Source of the DNA: Octopus sinensis | Lineage: Eukaryota | Direction: 5' to 3' | DNA: 64,000 bases | Assembly: GCF_006345805.1 (NCBI RefSeq) | Contig: NC_043013.1 | Coordinates: 1,364,001 to 1,428,000 of the forward strand | In this document: piece by piece, positions 27,371 through 40,804 of the stretch | Layout of the letters: each line of letters starts with the position of its first letter | How positions within the stretch are numbered: the stretch's first letter is position 1 | The notes under the pieces: generated by a model | The model's input: the letters and a program-made list of their open reading frames with translations, nothing else | Told to the model about the DNA's origin: nothing | Database searches by the model: none | Position numbers and translations under genes: made by a program

Positions 27371-27887
27371 TTACAAATGTAACTTGTTGACTGAAACCAT
27401 GTTTTTGGCACGAGCTATCAATTAGCCAATGAGGAGGGCTCTTCATTAGGCCTTGGGCCCAACAACGACACTTCATCCATTAGGTTCATCAAAACAATGA
27501 TATAATATGTCAACTTGGAACTTATTGCAAAGCTGCATGATAAACAACAGTACCACCACCATTGCTACTACATCTGCCATACACACACACACCATTCAGA
27601 CTTCTGACGCCGCCACCACCATCAATCAATACCTTTGGCTTCATCGCCTATCCCTCCACCACCATCAGCACTGTCTTTCTTATCACTTACTCGCAACGTC
27701 ATCCCTGGTCGCTTCCACCACCAAAACCACCACCACCACCACCACCACCAAATCCACCGCCACCACCACCAAATCCACCGCCACCACCACCGCCGCCGCC
27801 GCCTCTTACTATTATTATCCCCCCATTACCATCACAAAAAGGCTAAATGTGTGTGTAAAAGAATTGTGTTGAGTATGTTCTGTGTTC

Positions 27888-28120
27888 TAAGGCGGCGAGC
27901 TGGCAGAAACGTTAGCACGCCGGTCGAAATGCTTAGCAGTATTTCGTCTGCCGTTACGTTCTGAGTTCAAATTCCGCCGAGGTCGACTTTGCCTTTCATC
28001 CTTTCGGGGTCGATAAATTATGTACCAGTTACGCACTGGGGTCGATATAATCGACTTAATACCTTTGTCTGTCTTTGTTTGTCCCCTCTGTGTTTAGCCC
28101 CTTGTGGGTAATAAAGAAAT
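27888..28120 (+). mobile_element. SINE family B (longer 3' variant)
   Basis: Near-consensus copy ending tttagccccttgtgggtaataaagaaat. Confidence 0.9.
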
Positions 28121-28621
28121 GAGTATGTTCTGTGTTCAGTCCCTCTTTCTCTCTCATACCCACTCTGTCTCTTATTACTCCCACTGCCACCCACCATCAA
28201 CACCACTACTTAAAAAAAAAACATCATCAACTCTCGCTAAATTTCTTTACCTCTCTTTCTCTCCCTCTCTTTTTTTTCTTTCTCTCTCTGTCTTCGCAAC
28301 TGTCCTTCCCGTCTCTATGCCTACTATTACTCTCACCCAAACATGAGCTATAGTAGGAGTGTCAATGTATAGTGAGAGATGGGGGCGGGGCTCGAAGTGT
28401 GACACACTGACACACGGAAATTAGTTTTCCCATTTATTATATTAGATGTTAGTTACTATAAAAAGGAGGAAATCTCCGAACGATATTTCTTTGGCGTATT
28501 GATTAGCGACATTGGCACAAAGACTTGATTTATCGTTGAAGAGCCTGAATGGTTGATGAATGGGTTACGGGAGAACCAGTCGATGGAACATCAAAAGAAA
28601 ACGGACTGGAAAAAAATGTAA

Positions 28622-28882
28622 ATATTGTGTTGGTGTAATATAATTATTGCGGCTTTCTTTCAACAAATTTTATTCAACAAAAACAATAACAACATTTAAC
28701 AAAAACATCTTTAAATGACGGTCTGACCGTCTGCCAAGCAAATGGGAAGCAGTAATTGAAGTAGATGGTGAATATGCTCCGGAATAATCATTTAAAGATG
28801 TTTTTGTTACATGTTGTTATTGTTTTTATTGAATAAAATTTGTTGAAAAAAAACCCCGCAATAATTATGCACAATTCCAATA
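28622..28882. mobile_element. Mariner-derived MITE with ~100-bp imperfect TIRs
   Basis: Inverted arms enclose DRLPSKWEAVIEVDGEYAPE*, a mariner transposase C-terminus. Confidence 0.8.
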
Positions 28883-29824
28883 TTAAAGCTGTTGTTTAGC
28901 CCTAGGCCAGCCTAGGTCAAGCAGGCTTTTGATCCAAGTATTCCATTCGTGACTATTGTCTTTTTTATTTTTGTAGAAATAGTGTACTTAGGATTACACG
29001 TTTCCTTGTATCCTTCCCTTTTTAAGACGGCATGGTTTGTGATTTGACGAAGATTTCGCTGCTATTTCAAGCAGATCAAATGACTGCTTATAAGCTTCCT
29101 CGTTGGTTTGTTTTAGATTTTAATGATGTCATCTTTTGAACTGTGCGACAGTATGATTGATCCGAATTTGTCTGTTTCTCAATGCGTCAACATGGCCGTG
29201 TGTGGTTAGAGCGACCTCAACAGCTGTTACTAAAGCATGGTGTTACAAGTTTATCTCTACGTTGGTCATATATTCCTTTGGTGTAATTTGAAACCTCCCT
29301 TTAACTCTTCTTGCCGCATCAACCTGTCAAATTTTCTAGGTTAACATTACTCAGAGAAAATATTTTCGATATTTATTTTTTTATATAGCAGTTGGCGAAC
29401 AGATACAGAAATAGGTATAAGTATCAAATACAACAACAAAAAAAAAAACAGCCCATCATTGGTTACACTGCTTTTCTGACAGTCTGTGTGACATGGAAGT
29501 GTCTGTAATTCAGTGTAGAATACATATCTCAAAGGACTTCCGTTGTAAAGCCCTTGGTTTTCGGTTTTTCTCGCCTATTTTTATACCTGTAATTGAAACC
29601 CATACATACAGTGGCTTCTGCACATTCTTCCTTTACTAAATTCCCACTCACAAAACATTAATCGCGCCCAGGTTACAGCAAAAGTCACTTAGTGAACGTG
29701 CTGCGCAATGCGATCGAACTCAGAACCACACAATTATGTCTGCGCCTGTTTGTAAATAGCGTTTAAACCGGATAATCTCGTTACAAATCTCTTCTTCTGA
29801 AAGTCTGTCTTTATTTTATAAATA

Positions 29825-29989
29825 CAGGGTTGGCCAAAAGTCACCCGACAGTGATGCTGTATTGACAGGAATGGGAAAATGTGTCGCTCAAGAAGGACTT
29901 TGAACAATTTTCATGTTTCATATTTAGATGCTTTTATTAAATTCATTCAGTTGTTAAACATAAATCTTGGAATTAAATGGCCAGCCCTG
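29825..29989. mobile_element. Tc1/mariner-type MITE
   Basis: TA|CAGGGTTGGCCA..TGGCCAGCCCTG|TA, i.e. TIRs with a TA TSD. Confidence 0.8.
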
Positions 29990-30004
29990 TATAGATTCAA
30001 CTTG

Positions 30005-30310
30005 GCTTAGTGACTTAGTGGCTACGGCATTTGGCTTACGATTGTAAGGTGCTGAGTTCGATTCTTTATTTCACGTTGCTTTAGCTTGCACTTAGCTGGC
30101 AAAAATGAGTTAGCGTTCACTTAGATGGTAAACATGAGTTGTACCTGATATTCAAAGGGCCAACCTTGTTACGTTCTGTGTCACACTGAATCTGCCTTAG
30201 AACTACATGCGTGTCTGTGGTGTACTCAGCCACTTGCACATTAATTTCATGAGCAGGCTGTTCAGTTGATTACAACTGGAACACTCATCGTCGTAATCGA
30301 CGGAGTGCCA
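30005..30310 (+). mobile_element. SINE family C (C1)
   Basis: ggcttagtg..gagttcgattc head; tail cgtcgtaatcgacggagtgcc. Confidence 0.8.
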
Positions 30311-30869
30311 GAATATATTATAAAAGTATTTTTACACTATGACGAGAGGGGATATTATCCACTACATATGTGGGAAATTCCATCCGTGGGTGTGTTTGTA
30401 AAGCTGTTAGTTAACTCCGCCTATATCGTTTTATCGATTTTGATGCAACTTGACACGTGAGTAGAACTCATGTCTGGAAACTTCATGGCATACTCAGATT
30501 GTTGAAAAAAAATCGATAATAGGCTCCTTAAATATAGCCAAGGGAAATAACCCATTTATATTCCTAAATTATTTGGTAAAAATGTAATTGAGTATGCTTA
30601 TTTCTTAGTATTTGAACTGTTAGAGTTATTTTCGAAATTTATCCAGTACAACTCTTAAACAAGTAAATAGTATTTTTCTAAACAATAGATCCACTTATTT
30701 CGGTTAATAACTTATTCACGAATACAGCAACACTAGCGTCCCTGAGGGTAATATTCTCTGGGAACGCACAAAAGCCCTTTTCAGAGTTATTTACTTTGAA
30801 TTGTTACTACCTCATATCTGATTAGCCTGTTATTACGTTACATGCTTCACGATTTTAGTATACATAACT

Positions 30870-31475
30870 TATTTGACGATTGACAACTGATGTTGGTGTG
30901 TTTACTTTCCCGTAACTTAGCGGTTTTGCAAAAGAAACCGATAGAATAAGTACTAGGCTTAAAGGAATAAGTCCTGGGGTCGATTTGTTCGACCAAAGGC
31001 GGTGCTCCAGCATGGCCGCAGTCAAATGACTGAAACAAGTAAAAGAAGAAAATAATGAAAAAATTATAAATATTAGGCGCAGGAGTGGCTGTGTGGTAAG
31101 TAGCTTGCTAACCAACCACATGGTTCCGGGTTCAGTCCCACTGCGTGGCATCTTGGGCAAATGTCTTCTGCTATAGCCCCGGGCCGACCAATGCCTTGTG
31201 AGTGGATTTGGTAGACGGAAACTGAAAGAAGCCTGTCGTATATATGTATATGTATATATATGTGTGTGTGTTTGTGTGTCTGTGTTTGTCCCCCTAGCAT
31301 TGCTTGACAACCGATGCTGGTGTGTTTACGTCCCCGTCACTTAGCGGTTCGGCAAAAGAGACCGATAGAATAAGTACTGGGCTTACAAAGAATAAGTCCC
31401 GGGGTCGATTTGCTCGACTAAAGGCGGTGCTCCAGCATGGCCGCAGTCAAATGACTGAAACAAGTAAAAAAAAAT
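30870..31475 (+). mobile_element. SINE family A: 3' half (30870-31052) plus full copy (31075-31475)
   Basis: Full head ggcgcaggagtggctgtgtggtaagtagc..ggttcagtcc (A/B-box-like), core and tail. Confidence 0.9.
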
Positions 31476-31529
31476 AAAAAAATTAGGAATTGTATAATAG
31501 AAATTGTTAAAATATTTTGTGCATTGTAG

Positions 31530-32010
31530 AAGTATGAGTGTTGTGTGCATCCAACGATGACTGATGCATCTGGACACATCTTCACTGGTGTACCTGGTAT
31601 CACCGAGTGTTTCGGGTCTTTCAACATCATACACCCTCCTCCAGGTGACGCAGCTGAGGTTGATCAGATCCCAGCTTGTATCCCGATGGCCAGCTCTCTA
31701 TCCCATGGCTCTCCTCTTTTGATCCACAGCCATCTTGAGGCCCTCTCTGCCGAATCGGTGGTTCTGTGGATGGCCTTCCTCCTTCTCACTCCCTCGATGC
31801 CCGCTCAGACTGCTGAAGGCTCTGGTCGGGGAATAGGCTGCGAAATCCCTGCATCCAACCGCCACTGGGAGACACCGAGCTCTCCAGCCAGCCCGCTGGC
31901 AGTTACTGACCAGACCCGCTAACTTGGAGAGCTTTCCCCCTAAAGCTTCTTCCTGGCGAGCAAAAAATACCCTACATGGACCGCCCCACCCAAGGGCCAT
32001 ACATATCCCT
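31530..32010 (-). mobile_element. HERO/NeSL-like RLE LINE 3' end
   Basis: ..GW.ARCLPVAVGCRDFA..IGREGLK.LWIKR-like C-terminus and 3' UTR gatgttgaaagacccgaaacac..gatgtgtcc. Confidence 0.65.
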
Positions 32011-32781
32011 GTTGAGAACTACTGATATAGCAGAACATATTTAACGTTGCTGCTGAAATTTCTCAAAATAATTTGTCGGAACGGAGAAAACCTTCAAGAC
32101 AAGCTTTAAATCGTTGAAAGCCTGACGCGCTTTACTAAACCTCGCTTTGCTCTCCACCTACGCACCTTCACCACGTTTCTTTCGGCACTTCAATCATTTT
32201 CCTTCATTCAATATGGCATTCCCAACTATGATGGGCACAGGGCTATTCCTTTGAATATTCCTAATTTTTGTCTTTCTAACCTTAAGCCTCTTATTCAATT
32301 TTCACTCCTGTCTACTGCCCTGCATGTCTTTCTCTGCATGCCTCCAATATCCCGGTATATCAAGCAAATGTCTTTCACAAGGTTTGGATCCTTTAGTGTC
32401 TTCTCTTCTGGTCATTGAATGCTTGTTCGAATTGCGTAGTTTGACGCATCATCAATATCGATCTCGTCAATATCGATCTCGTAAACCATTGGGAACAATA
32501 TTCCTGCATCTTTCCAGCTTTTACTTTGGAAGATTTGACGGCTTGTTATTGAATATTAACAAACGGTGTATTTTGGGAGGGACATTATGTCAATAATGAG
32601 TACACTCATTGGTTCTGTTTTATTTCTTTTACTATCATTAGCCAACTAATGGCTTCCCAGCCACATGATTCCGGATTCAGACCGACAATGTTGTATTTTG
32701 AACAAGTGTCTTCTACTATGGCCTGAGTCCTACCAAAGCTTTGTGAGTGGATTTGGTAGATGGAAACTGAAAGAAGCCGGC

Positions 32782-33312
<531 letters not shown>

Positions 33313-33314
33313 GA

Positions 33315-33525
33315 AAATGAAGAAAATGCTGACAAAATAATTTAAGTTAGATTTTTTTCTCTTATCTGAGAGATAAGAGAAAAAAATCTATCAGAAAGGA
33401 ACTCTATCTCTCTTAAAAAATATCTTTTGATAAGCATAACAAATGCGCAACCGGTAAAAAGGACTTTCACCTAATTAAATACACACTCCCTTACTTAAAT
33501 TATTTTGTCAGCATTTTCTTCATTT
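33315..33525. mobile_element. MITE-like element with perfect 33-bp TIRs and an internal 20-bp hairpin
   Basis: 33315-33347 is the reverse complement of 33493-33525; hairpin 33348-33390. Confidence 0.8.
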
Positions 33526-33571
33526 CCTTTTTTTATATATCACAACTCGTGTTCCACATCTCCTTTTTTAA

Positions 33572-33644
<73 letters not shown>

Positions 33645-33648
<4 letters not shown>

Positions 33649-34656
33649 GGAATTTACAAAAAACAAACAAACAAAAACAAACAAGACAAATGACGAAGCT
33701 GGGGTGTGTAAACAACAAACAGATGTATTAGTTTAACGCTCGGGAAGTGAGAAAGTCTTTTACGTTTCGAGCTTACACTTTGCAACAGAAAGAAACACAG
33801 AAATAAATAGAGGCAGAAAATAAAAAAGGCTTAGTGACTAACGATCAATCATGGCAAATGCTGGTCAGAGGTAGTCAGACAGGAGAGCTAGGAAGAAGGG
33901 GAGATAAAAAAGTAGTGGTGATCCCAAAACGAAGGTGCGCGTACGTGTGTATGTGAGCGCGTGTATGTGCATGTGGATAAGGGCTGGTGACCTTGACGTG
34001 TGCGTGTGTGCATGTGTAGGTGTATGGATGACGGTGTGGGTGCAGGGAAGTGGTGAGTGCTAGTGTGTGCGGGGTGGTGTGGTATGGTATGGTGGTGTGT
34101 GGTGTCGTGGTGAGGTGTGTTGTGGTGGGATGGGGTGTGATGGTGAAGTTGGGGAAGCAAAGGTGGGGTGTAGGTTGGGGTGAGAGTGGAGGTAGGGGTG
34201 GGGTATGTAAAAGTGGAATGTGTGGGATGGGATGTATAGGGATGGTGGGGTTGGAATGTGTAGGGGGTGGTGTAACAACGGAGGGGGTGACGATGAAGGG
34301 AGAGGGTGGAAGGGAGAAGGTGGGTAGGAGTGAAAAGAGGAAGTAGGTGTCAGAACAAGAAAGGAGAGGTGGGTGGGAATGAAGGGAGGAAGTAGGTGTG
34401 AGAAGAAGGGAGGAGAGAGGAAGGGGGTTAGAGGAAGAGGGGAGTAGAGTTGAGCCCATGTGTCGCAAAGGAGCGAAGAGAGAAGATTAATTCCTATTCA
34501 CGGCGAAGACGGGAGTCCGGATGGCCCCTGTGAGAGGTCAATCCGAACATAGACAGGTGTTGTAAAGAATGACAGGTAGAGCGGAAATGGCGCAAGGCTG
34601 AGGTGTTATTGCCGAATCTGATGTCTCGGAGGTGTTCCGGTTCACGGAACACCTCC

Positions 34657-34661
<5 letters not shown>
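33645..34661 (-). mobile_element. Penelope-like element, 5'-truncated, inserted in (TA)n
   Basis: GIY-YIG C-terminal text EHLRDIRFG..RHFRST.HSLQHLSMFGL..DSRLRRE.ELIFSL..HGLN; low-complexity spacer; hammerhead-like motif; terminal hairpin. Confidence 0.75.
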
Positions 34662-34694
<33 letters not shown>

Positions 34695-34698
<4 letters not shown>

Positions 34699-34860
34699 GA
34701 CAGTCGTCTTTCAGTTTCCGTCTACTAAATTCACTCACAAGGCTTTGGTTATCCGAGGCTATAACAGAAGACACTTGCCCAAGGTGCCACACAGTGGGGC
34801 TGAACCCGGAACCATGTGGTTGGGTAAGCAAGCTTCTTACCACAGGCCACTCCTGCGCCT
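34695..34860 (-). mobile_element. SINE family A, 5' half
   Basis: Head and core only, ending at (TA)n. Confidence 0.8.
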
Positions 34861-35165
34861 TAGTAAAACAACAAACAAACAGTCAATAGACGGGATTTCT
34901 AAACAATATAGTCCAGAGTCTGCAACTCACGCATGGCTCCATTCAATTGTACATAAAGCGACTCTTCACAATTCCATACATAAATCTATGATCTATAAAT
35001 AAAAAGAGAAATGCATGTACTTACTTTTTGCAGTGGCTCCTTGTACAAGACTTGTTAGGAAGTTATATAACATCAAGACAATAAGAAATTTCATGTTCAG
35101 CACTAAGTCTCCAGGTAAAAGTCTAAAGAAAAGTCCCGATGTATTATCATTGCAATAATAATAAT

Positions 35166-35245
<80 letters not shown>

Positions 35246-35269
35246 TAAAAATGATAATAATAATGATAA

Positions 35270-35485
35270 TCCTTTCTACTGTAGGCACAAGGCTTGGAAT
35301 TTGGAGAAAGGGGTCCAGTCGATTAGATCGACCCTAGTACACAACTGGTTCTTAATTTATCGGCCCCGAAAGAATGAAATGCAAAGTCGACCTCGACGGA
35401 ATTTGAACTCAGAACGTAGTGACGGGCGAAATACCGCTAAGCATTTCGTCCAGCGTGCTAAATGATTCTGCCTGCTCGCCGCCCT
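35270..35485 (-). mobile_element. SINE family B between (AAT/AAC)n tracts
   Basis: Family B consensus, reverse strand. Confidence 0.85.
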
Positions 35486-35536
35486 AATAATAATGATGAT
35501 GATAATAATAATAATAATGATAATAATAATAATAAT

Positions 35537-35629
<93 letters not shown>

Positions 35630-35644
35630 AATAATAATAATAAC

Positions 35645-36265
35645 AAGGAGAGCACATCAGACAAATTGATGAGAAACCTCTGCATGGCGAATTTTGGAGA
35701 GCCACTGAAGAGGTAAGTGGAACAAACACCTGGGCTTGGTTAAAAAGGGGGCAATTAAAAAAAACAGCCGACAGCTTAATTGTAGCAGCCCAAGATCAAA
35801 CGATAAAAACAAACAATTTGTGAAAAAGTATATTTGGAGAAAATATGTCAGAAAAATGTAGAGCCCGTGTAATTTGGAACGAAACAGTGGCACACATTGT
35901 GACAGAATGCCTCAAGTTGGCATAGGAAGAATATAAGAAAAGTTTTATGCTGGAGTATTGGAGTCGGAGAAATGAAAGATTTTGTGGGACTTTCCTACTG
36001 AAACGGACAAGAAGTTAGAAAATAATAGACCAGATATAACGATTATAGATAAGGAAAAGCGAAGTTGTTTACCGATTGACCCATCGTTGCCGTGTTTGAT
36101 GCCAGGATCGTAAAGAAAGAGAGGAAAAAATAGAATCCTTTAAAATTTGAAATGGGAAGTACTTGAAGCATGAGAACAGTAAAGGTGGTGCCGATAATAA
36201 TGAATGCGTTAGGAAGAGTCGGCCAAGATATAGACAAATGGCTGACGGGGATTGAAACGGTAGAG
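35645..36265 (+). mobile_element. R4/Dong-like LINE fragment (distinct family), degraded
   Basis: KPLHGEFW..TWAWLKRG..LIVAAQDQ and ENNRPDITIID motifs; begins right after (AAT)n. Confidence 0.8.
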
Positions 36266-36428
36266 CTCCTAGAGAAGCTCCTATAGAAACTGGAACCATG
36301 TGGTTGGTAAGCAAGCTACTTACCACACAGCTACTCCTGCGCCTACGCAGCCAGCCCTGAGCCCACAGGCGCATGCATGTGTATAAACATACGTATATAT
36401 ACATGTGTGCGTGCGTGCGCCGAAACAA

Positions 36429-36478
<50 letters not shown>

Positions 36479-37354
36479 GCCTATATACACATGCATCCAC
36501 GCACGCACGTGCACATACACATATATGTATATATGTATGTATATACACCAATATTGACGCAGAAAAAAATCAACAAGTACGATTAAAGTCAATAATTAAA
36601 ACAAGCTATAATTTAAATAGGTAGACGAAAAATTTCTGGGTAGGTTAAGTCGGGAACTCTTCGATCCTGTTCACTTAACCATTTCTCTAATTGTGCCCGA
36701 GTGCAACCAAACACACTAGTATGCCTTTCTGGAGACATCTGGTGTTTAGCAAAGCATATTCAACTCATTTGTCATGTGTATGTATGTATGTATGTATGTA
36801 TGTATGTATGTATGTATGTATGTATGTATGTATGTATGTATGTATGTATGTATGTATGTTTGTACGTACGTACGTATGTATGTATATATCAACTTGATAT
36901 ATGTACTTAACGTGCAGAACGCCCCCTGATGTATTTTCCCATAGCTCTATCATCAATATAAATAATCAGTGTTACTACGTTCTCTTTAGTTTTGGATGAA
37001 AAGCGATTGTTTCTAAGCCTTGAAAACTGAGCTGAATGCGCTCGAAATGTTAGGAAGAGTAGCTAATTTTCCCTTAGATTCTATCTTAACGTTTTGAATA
37101 AAGAATACATCGAGCAATGTGTTAGATGTAAAAACAAACTCAGGATAGTCATGGTTGGAATATTTTTTCTGTTAGATGTGCCCAAGCAGAGGCTAAACAG
37201 GAACAGTATCAGCAATTAAACGCTAATAATTCTAATCCCACCTATCTACCAGTTATTGTAATTCTAATATATGAGAGTGTAAGAAGACTATAAATACATT
37301 TCTTAATAGTAATTCCACCAAACACGAACATTGACAATATATTTTTTCTTTATG

Positions 37355-37760
37355 AAGGGCGGCGAATTCGCAGAATCGTAGGAACGATGGGCAAAACCTT
37401 TAGCGGCATTACTTCCGGTTATTTACGGATGCTTTTTATCGTTTTGGGATCGATAAAATAAGTACCAGTTGAATACTGAGGTTGATGTAATCGACTAGCT
37501 TCTCCCTCCTCCCCCGTAGTTGCAGGCCTTGTGCCAATTTTTGAAACCAATATAGGTTTCCTACATGAAGGGCAGCGAAATCGAAGAATCATCGGATTAG
37601 TGGTCAAAATGCTTAGCGGCATTTCTTCCGGCTATTTACGTTTTGAGATCAAATTCTGCTGAGGACGATATAATTAGCGTTAGGTAAGCATCAGAGTTGA
37701 TGTAATCGACTGGCCCCCTCCCTCAAATTTTCAGGCATTGTGCCTATATTAAAAAGGAAT
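37355..37760 (+). mobile_element. Two degenerate SINE family B copies in tandem
   Basis: Both begin gaagggc(g/a)gcgaa and contain gatgtaatcgact. Confidence 0.75.
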
Positions 37761-39483
37761 ATATATTTCGTACACGAATTATAAATCTTGATGAAAGTAA
37801 ATCACCAATGAAAAACATTGAATTCATCTGTAGAATTGAAAAACTGGATAACATGTCATTTAGCGACATCTTCATTCTGATTGAGAAGATCTATGATGAA
37901 AAGCATTTCAGCCAAAATAACTTGGTTCTTTTAGTAACCTAGGACTACATTCTCTAATGTACTCTTCCACTTTTTATGACAATAGAAAAAAAAACAACAA
38001 AAAAATAAAACCAAACCTTGAGGGAGAATTGACTGTTGTTTAACCTAGTCATTCTTGTGGGTAGAGCTTACGAAAAAGAAATTGAAATCCTAAACATAAG
38101 TAAATTATATAAATATCTCAAATGAGTAATTTTGATGCTGCTGGACCCAGGTTGAACTAAAACCCACTAATTTACTTTTTCTTGTGATTTTCGATCAAAG
38201 CTGATATTCTCTTTAACAATTTTCAATAACGAATAGTGTTCTATCTTATACGTTGTGGTATTTTCTCTTCTCCTCCATAATAAACGTAATGTTTCCTTTA
38301 ATTTCGCTGCTCTGCACAGATAAAGGGTTATATCTTAGGAAAATATATTGATTTATTTCAGATGCCTAATGCTTTAGTTATATACGGCAAAGCATTAGCA
38401 GTTGTAAACGAATTATAACTAGGATTAAAATATCGGGTCTACGAGTCATCAGAAAAATATTGATTTCTAACACAAGACGTCTCTCAAGAAAGTATATTAA
38501 GACATAATAGAAAAAAAGGGCAAAAATCCCCAAAGCCACCAATCACATACCCATTGAGACACGCATCATCTTAATTGCAAAATGACCACATCTTACCTTA
38601 TCTCAGTTGTCTTTCAAGCTGTCAGCAGTCTTCTCTGTTAAATCGTAATACTAGAGAAAGTCACAGTATTAAAGAGCTCGTTTAAGATAACATCGATAAG
38701 GATTTTTCAAGTAATCTTGTATGATAGTTTTATATTATTTGTAAGTAATTAAAACGACTGGTAACTTTCTGTTATTAAACTCATAAAAAAGTGAAATCCT
38801 ATTTAAACATCGACTATTTCATGTGTGCAGGTGTCTTTTCTTTTACATATTCATAACACGAGTATTGAATCACCAATTATTGATGGATACAAAAAGAAAG
38901 AAAGAGATAAAATATGAAGAAAGACGTGTGTACATTTTCCAATGATTTATTTCTTATTTAAATTTTTCTTTTCTTTTCTTATGCACTGTATAATGGTGAT
39001 TAGAGATGTGACCAGTCCACAGATGGTGAAGAAAATACACGAATCATCTCTAACGTAATTGAACTGGTATGAACATTATTCTGACCTTGTCGATCAATAA
39101 CAGGTTAATTCAACAGATGGACACTAAACGACAGAGTTGGGTCAATTCACTTCATTTTTTTCTACGTTACCGAATTCATTCCTTGCCTTGGCAGTTTTAC
39201 CTTCCGTCCCTCTGGCTTCTATAAAATGAATAATATCATGGGACTGTGATCCAGTTAATCAATTATACTTTCATCCAATAACAGAATAAAGCTAGCGTTT
39301 TATTAAAAAGCTCGTTTAATGTTTTTCCGTTGGGGAAGCCAAGCCTTGACAGACGTCTTTAAGAAACAAACTGTTTTTTGGAGAATTTCCGGTTTTTATG
39401 TCTTTAGGGAAATTGTACTGTGGTCGATATAATCAACTGGTTCCCTCTCTCAAAATTTCTGGCCTTGTGCCTTAACTGGAAAC

Positions 39484-39564
<81 letters not shown>

Positions 39565-39566
<2 letters not shown>

Positions 39567-39715
39567 GTTTGACTTTTTCTTTATATTTGTACAAGTTGGC
39601 TCCAAGTCTCACCCAGAGACCTCAAGAGACAACAGGTTGGAAGTTCACGTTGTTGTTATGCCTAGTGTGCCATATATTTAGTTGTTTTTGTTTTTGGTGT
39701 TGTACTAGTGGATGT
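39565..39715 (-). mobile_element. R4 family-2 3' UTR fragment between (ATT)n tracts
   Basis: ccaagtctcacccagagacctcaagagacaac matches the 40805 and 58275 copies. Confidence 0.75.
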
Positions 39716-39802
39716 CTAAAAAAAATTATTATTATTATTATTATTATTACTATTATTATTATTATTATTATTATTACTATTATTATTATTATTATTATTA
39801 TT

Positions 39803-39835
<33 letters not shown>

Positions 39836-39837
<2 letters not shown>

Positions 39838-40620
39838 TGGGTAGTCTTGTTTTTATCATGTGCTTTCACTTCACTACCGAGCGCAGTTCTGTGCGCCTTG
39901 GGTATGTACTGTGGTTTGTTGTGGTGCTCTTATTTTCACTGTATTGAAAGTGTTTTACGTAGCATGTGTGCGGCGCCTACTACAGCTATGTTCTGTATGT
40001 TATATATACTTGTAAGACCTAGTGATTTTGTTATGAATGTTTTTTTATCATAACTAATGCGCCTACTATAATAGGTATTGTTTCTGTTTTTAGGCTCCAC
40101 ATTCGAGTTACCTCTATTTCCAGATCTTGGTATTTTGAAAGTTTTTCCGTTTCTTTTAGAGAAATACTGTCATCTATTGGTATTGATACATCGATTAGAA
40201 AGAGTTTTTTTCCTTCGTGATCTCTGACAACGATATCCAGCCTAATGCTCTTAATTTCTCTATCTGTGTGCATTGGCATACCCCAGAGGATGGTTGTTTT
40301 CTCATTTTCTGTGACCTTTTCTGAGGTTTGCTTATATAATTTTGTTTCTTGTGTTATTCCATAGTGTTGGTATAGCTTCCAGTGCATATAGTTCCCAACT
40401 CTGTCGTGTCTGTGAATATATTCCTTCTTAATCAGGACTTGTCTGTCAGTATGATTTATTGTTTCTTCTCCATCACCCATATTCTGCCGTTACTTGCATT
40501 TCTTTTCATTACATGTTTTTGGTAATTTATGGTGGGAAGGCTTTGATCTTGTGCTGCAATTAAAAATCCTTCAGTCTCTGCTTTGAATCCTGAGCTTCTC
40601 AGCCATTGTTGGGATTTTGC
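39836..40620 (-). mobile_element. R4/Dong-like family 1 fragment
   Basis: ORF 40031-40480 homologous to 6621-7436; same 3' UTR; flanked by (ATT/ATC/GTT)n. Confidence 0.9.
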
Positions 40621-40804
40621 TTTGTCTGTTGTTGTTGTTGTTGTTATTATTATTATTATTATTATTGTTGTTGTTGTTGTTGTTGTTGCATTTGGGGATG
40701 GTCATGTTGCCAGTTTAGCCAATAAAAACACACGCACTATATATTTGGTGTTATGTTGCTTCAGCTTTTTGTTTTTTACATTAATCGTATTATTATTATG
40801 TTTT

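Noticed and set aside
27421-27460. CCAAT box (and a GC box at ~28381) as the protease promoter
   Set aside because: Short motifs with no TSS or first-exon evidence.
33875-34468. 197-aa Pro/His/Thr-rich ORF
   Set aside because: Low-complexity spacer of the Penelope-like element.
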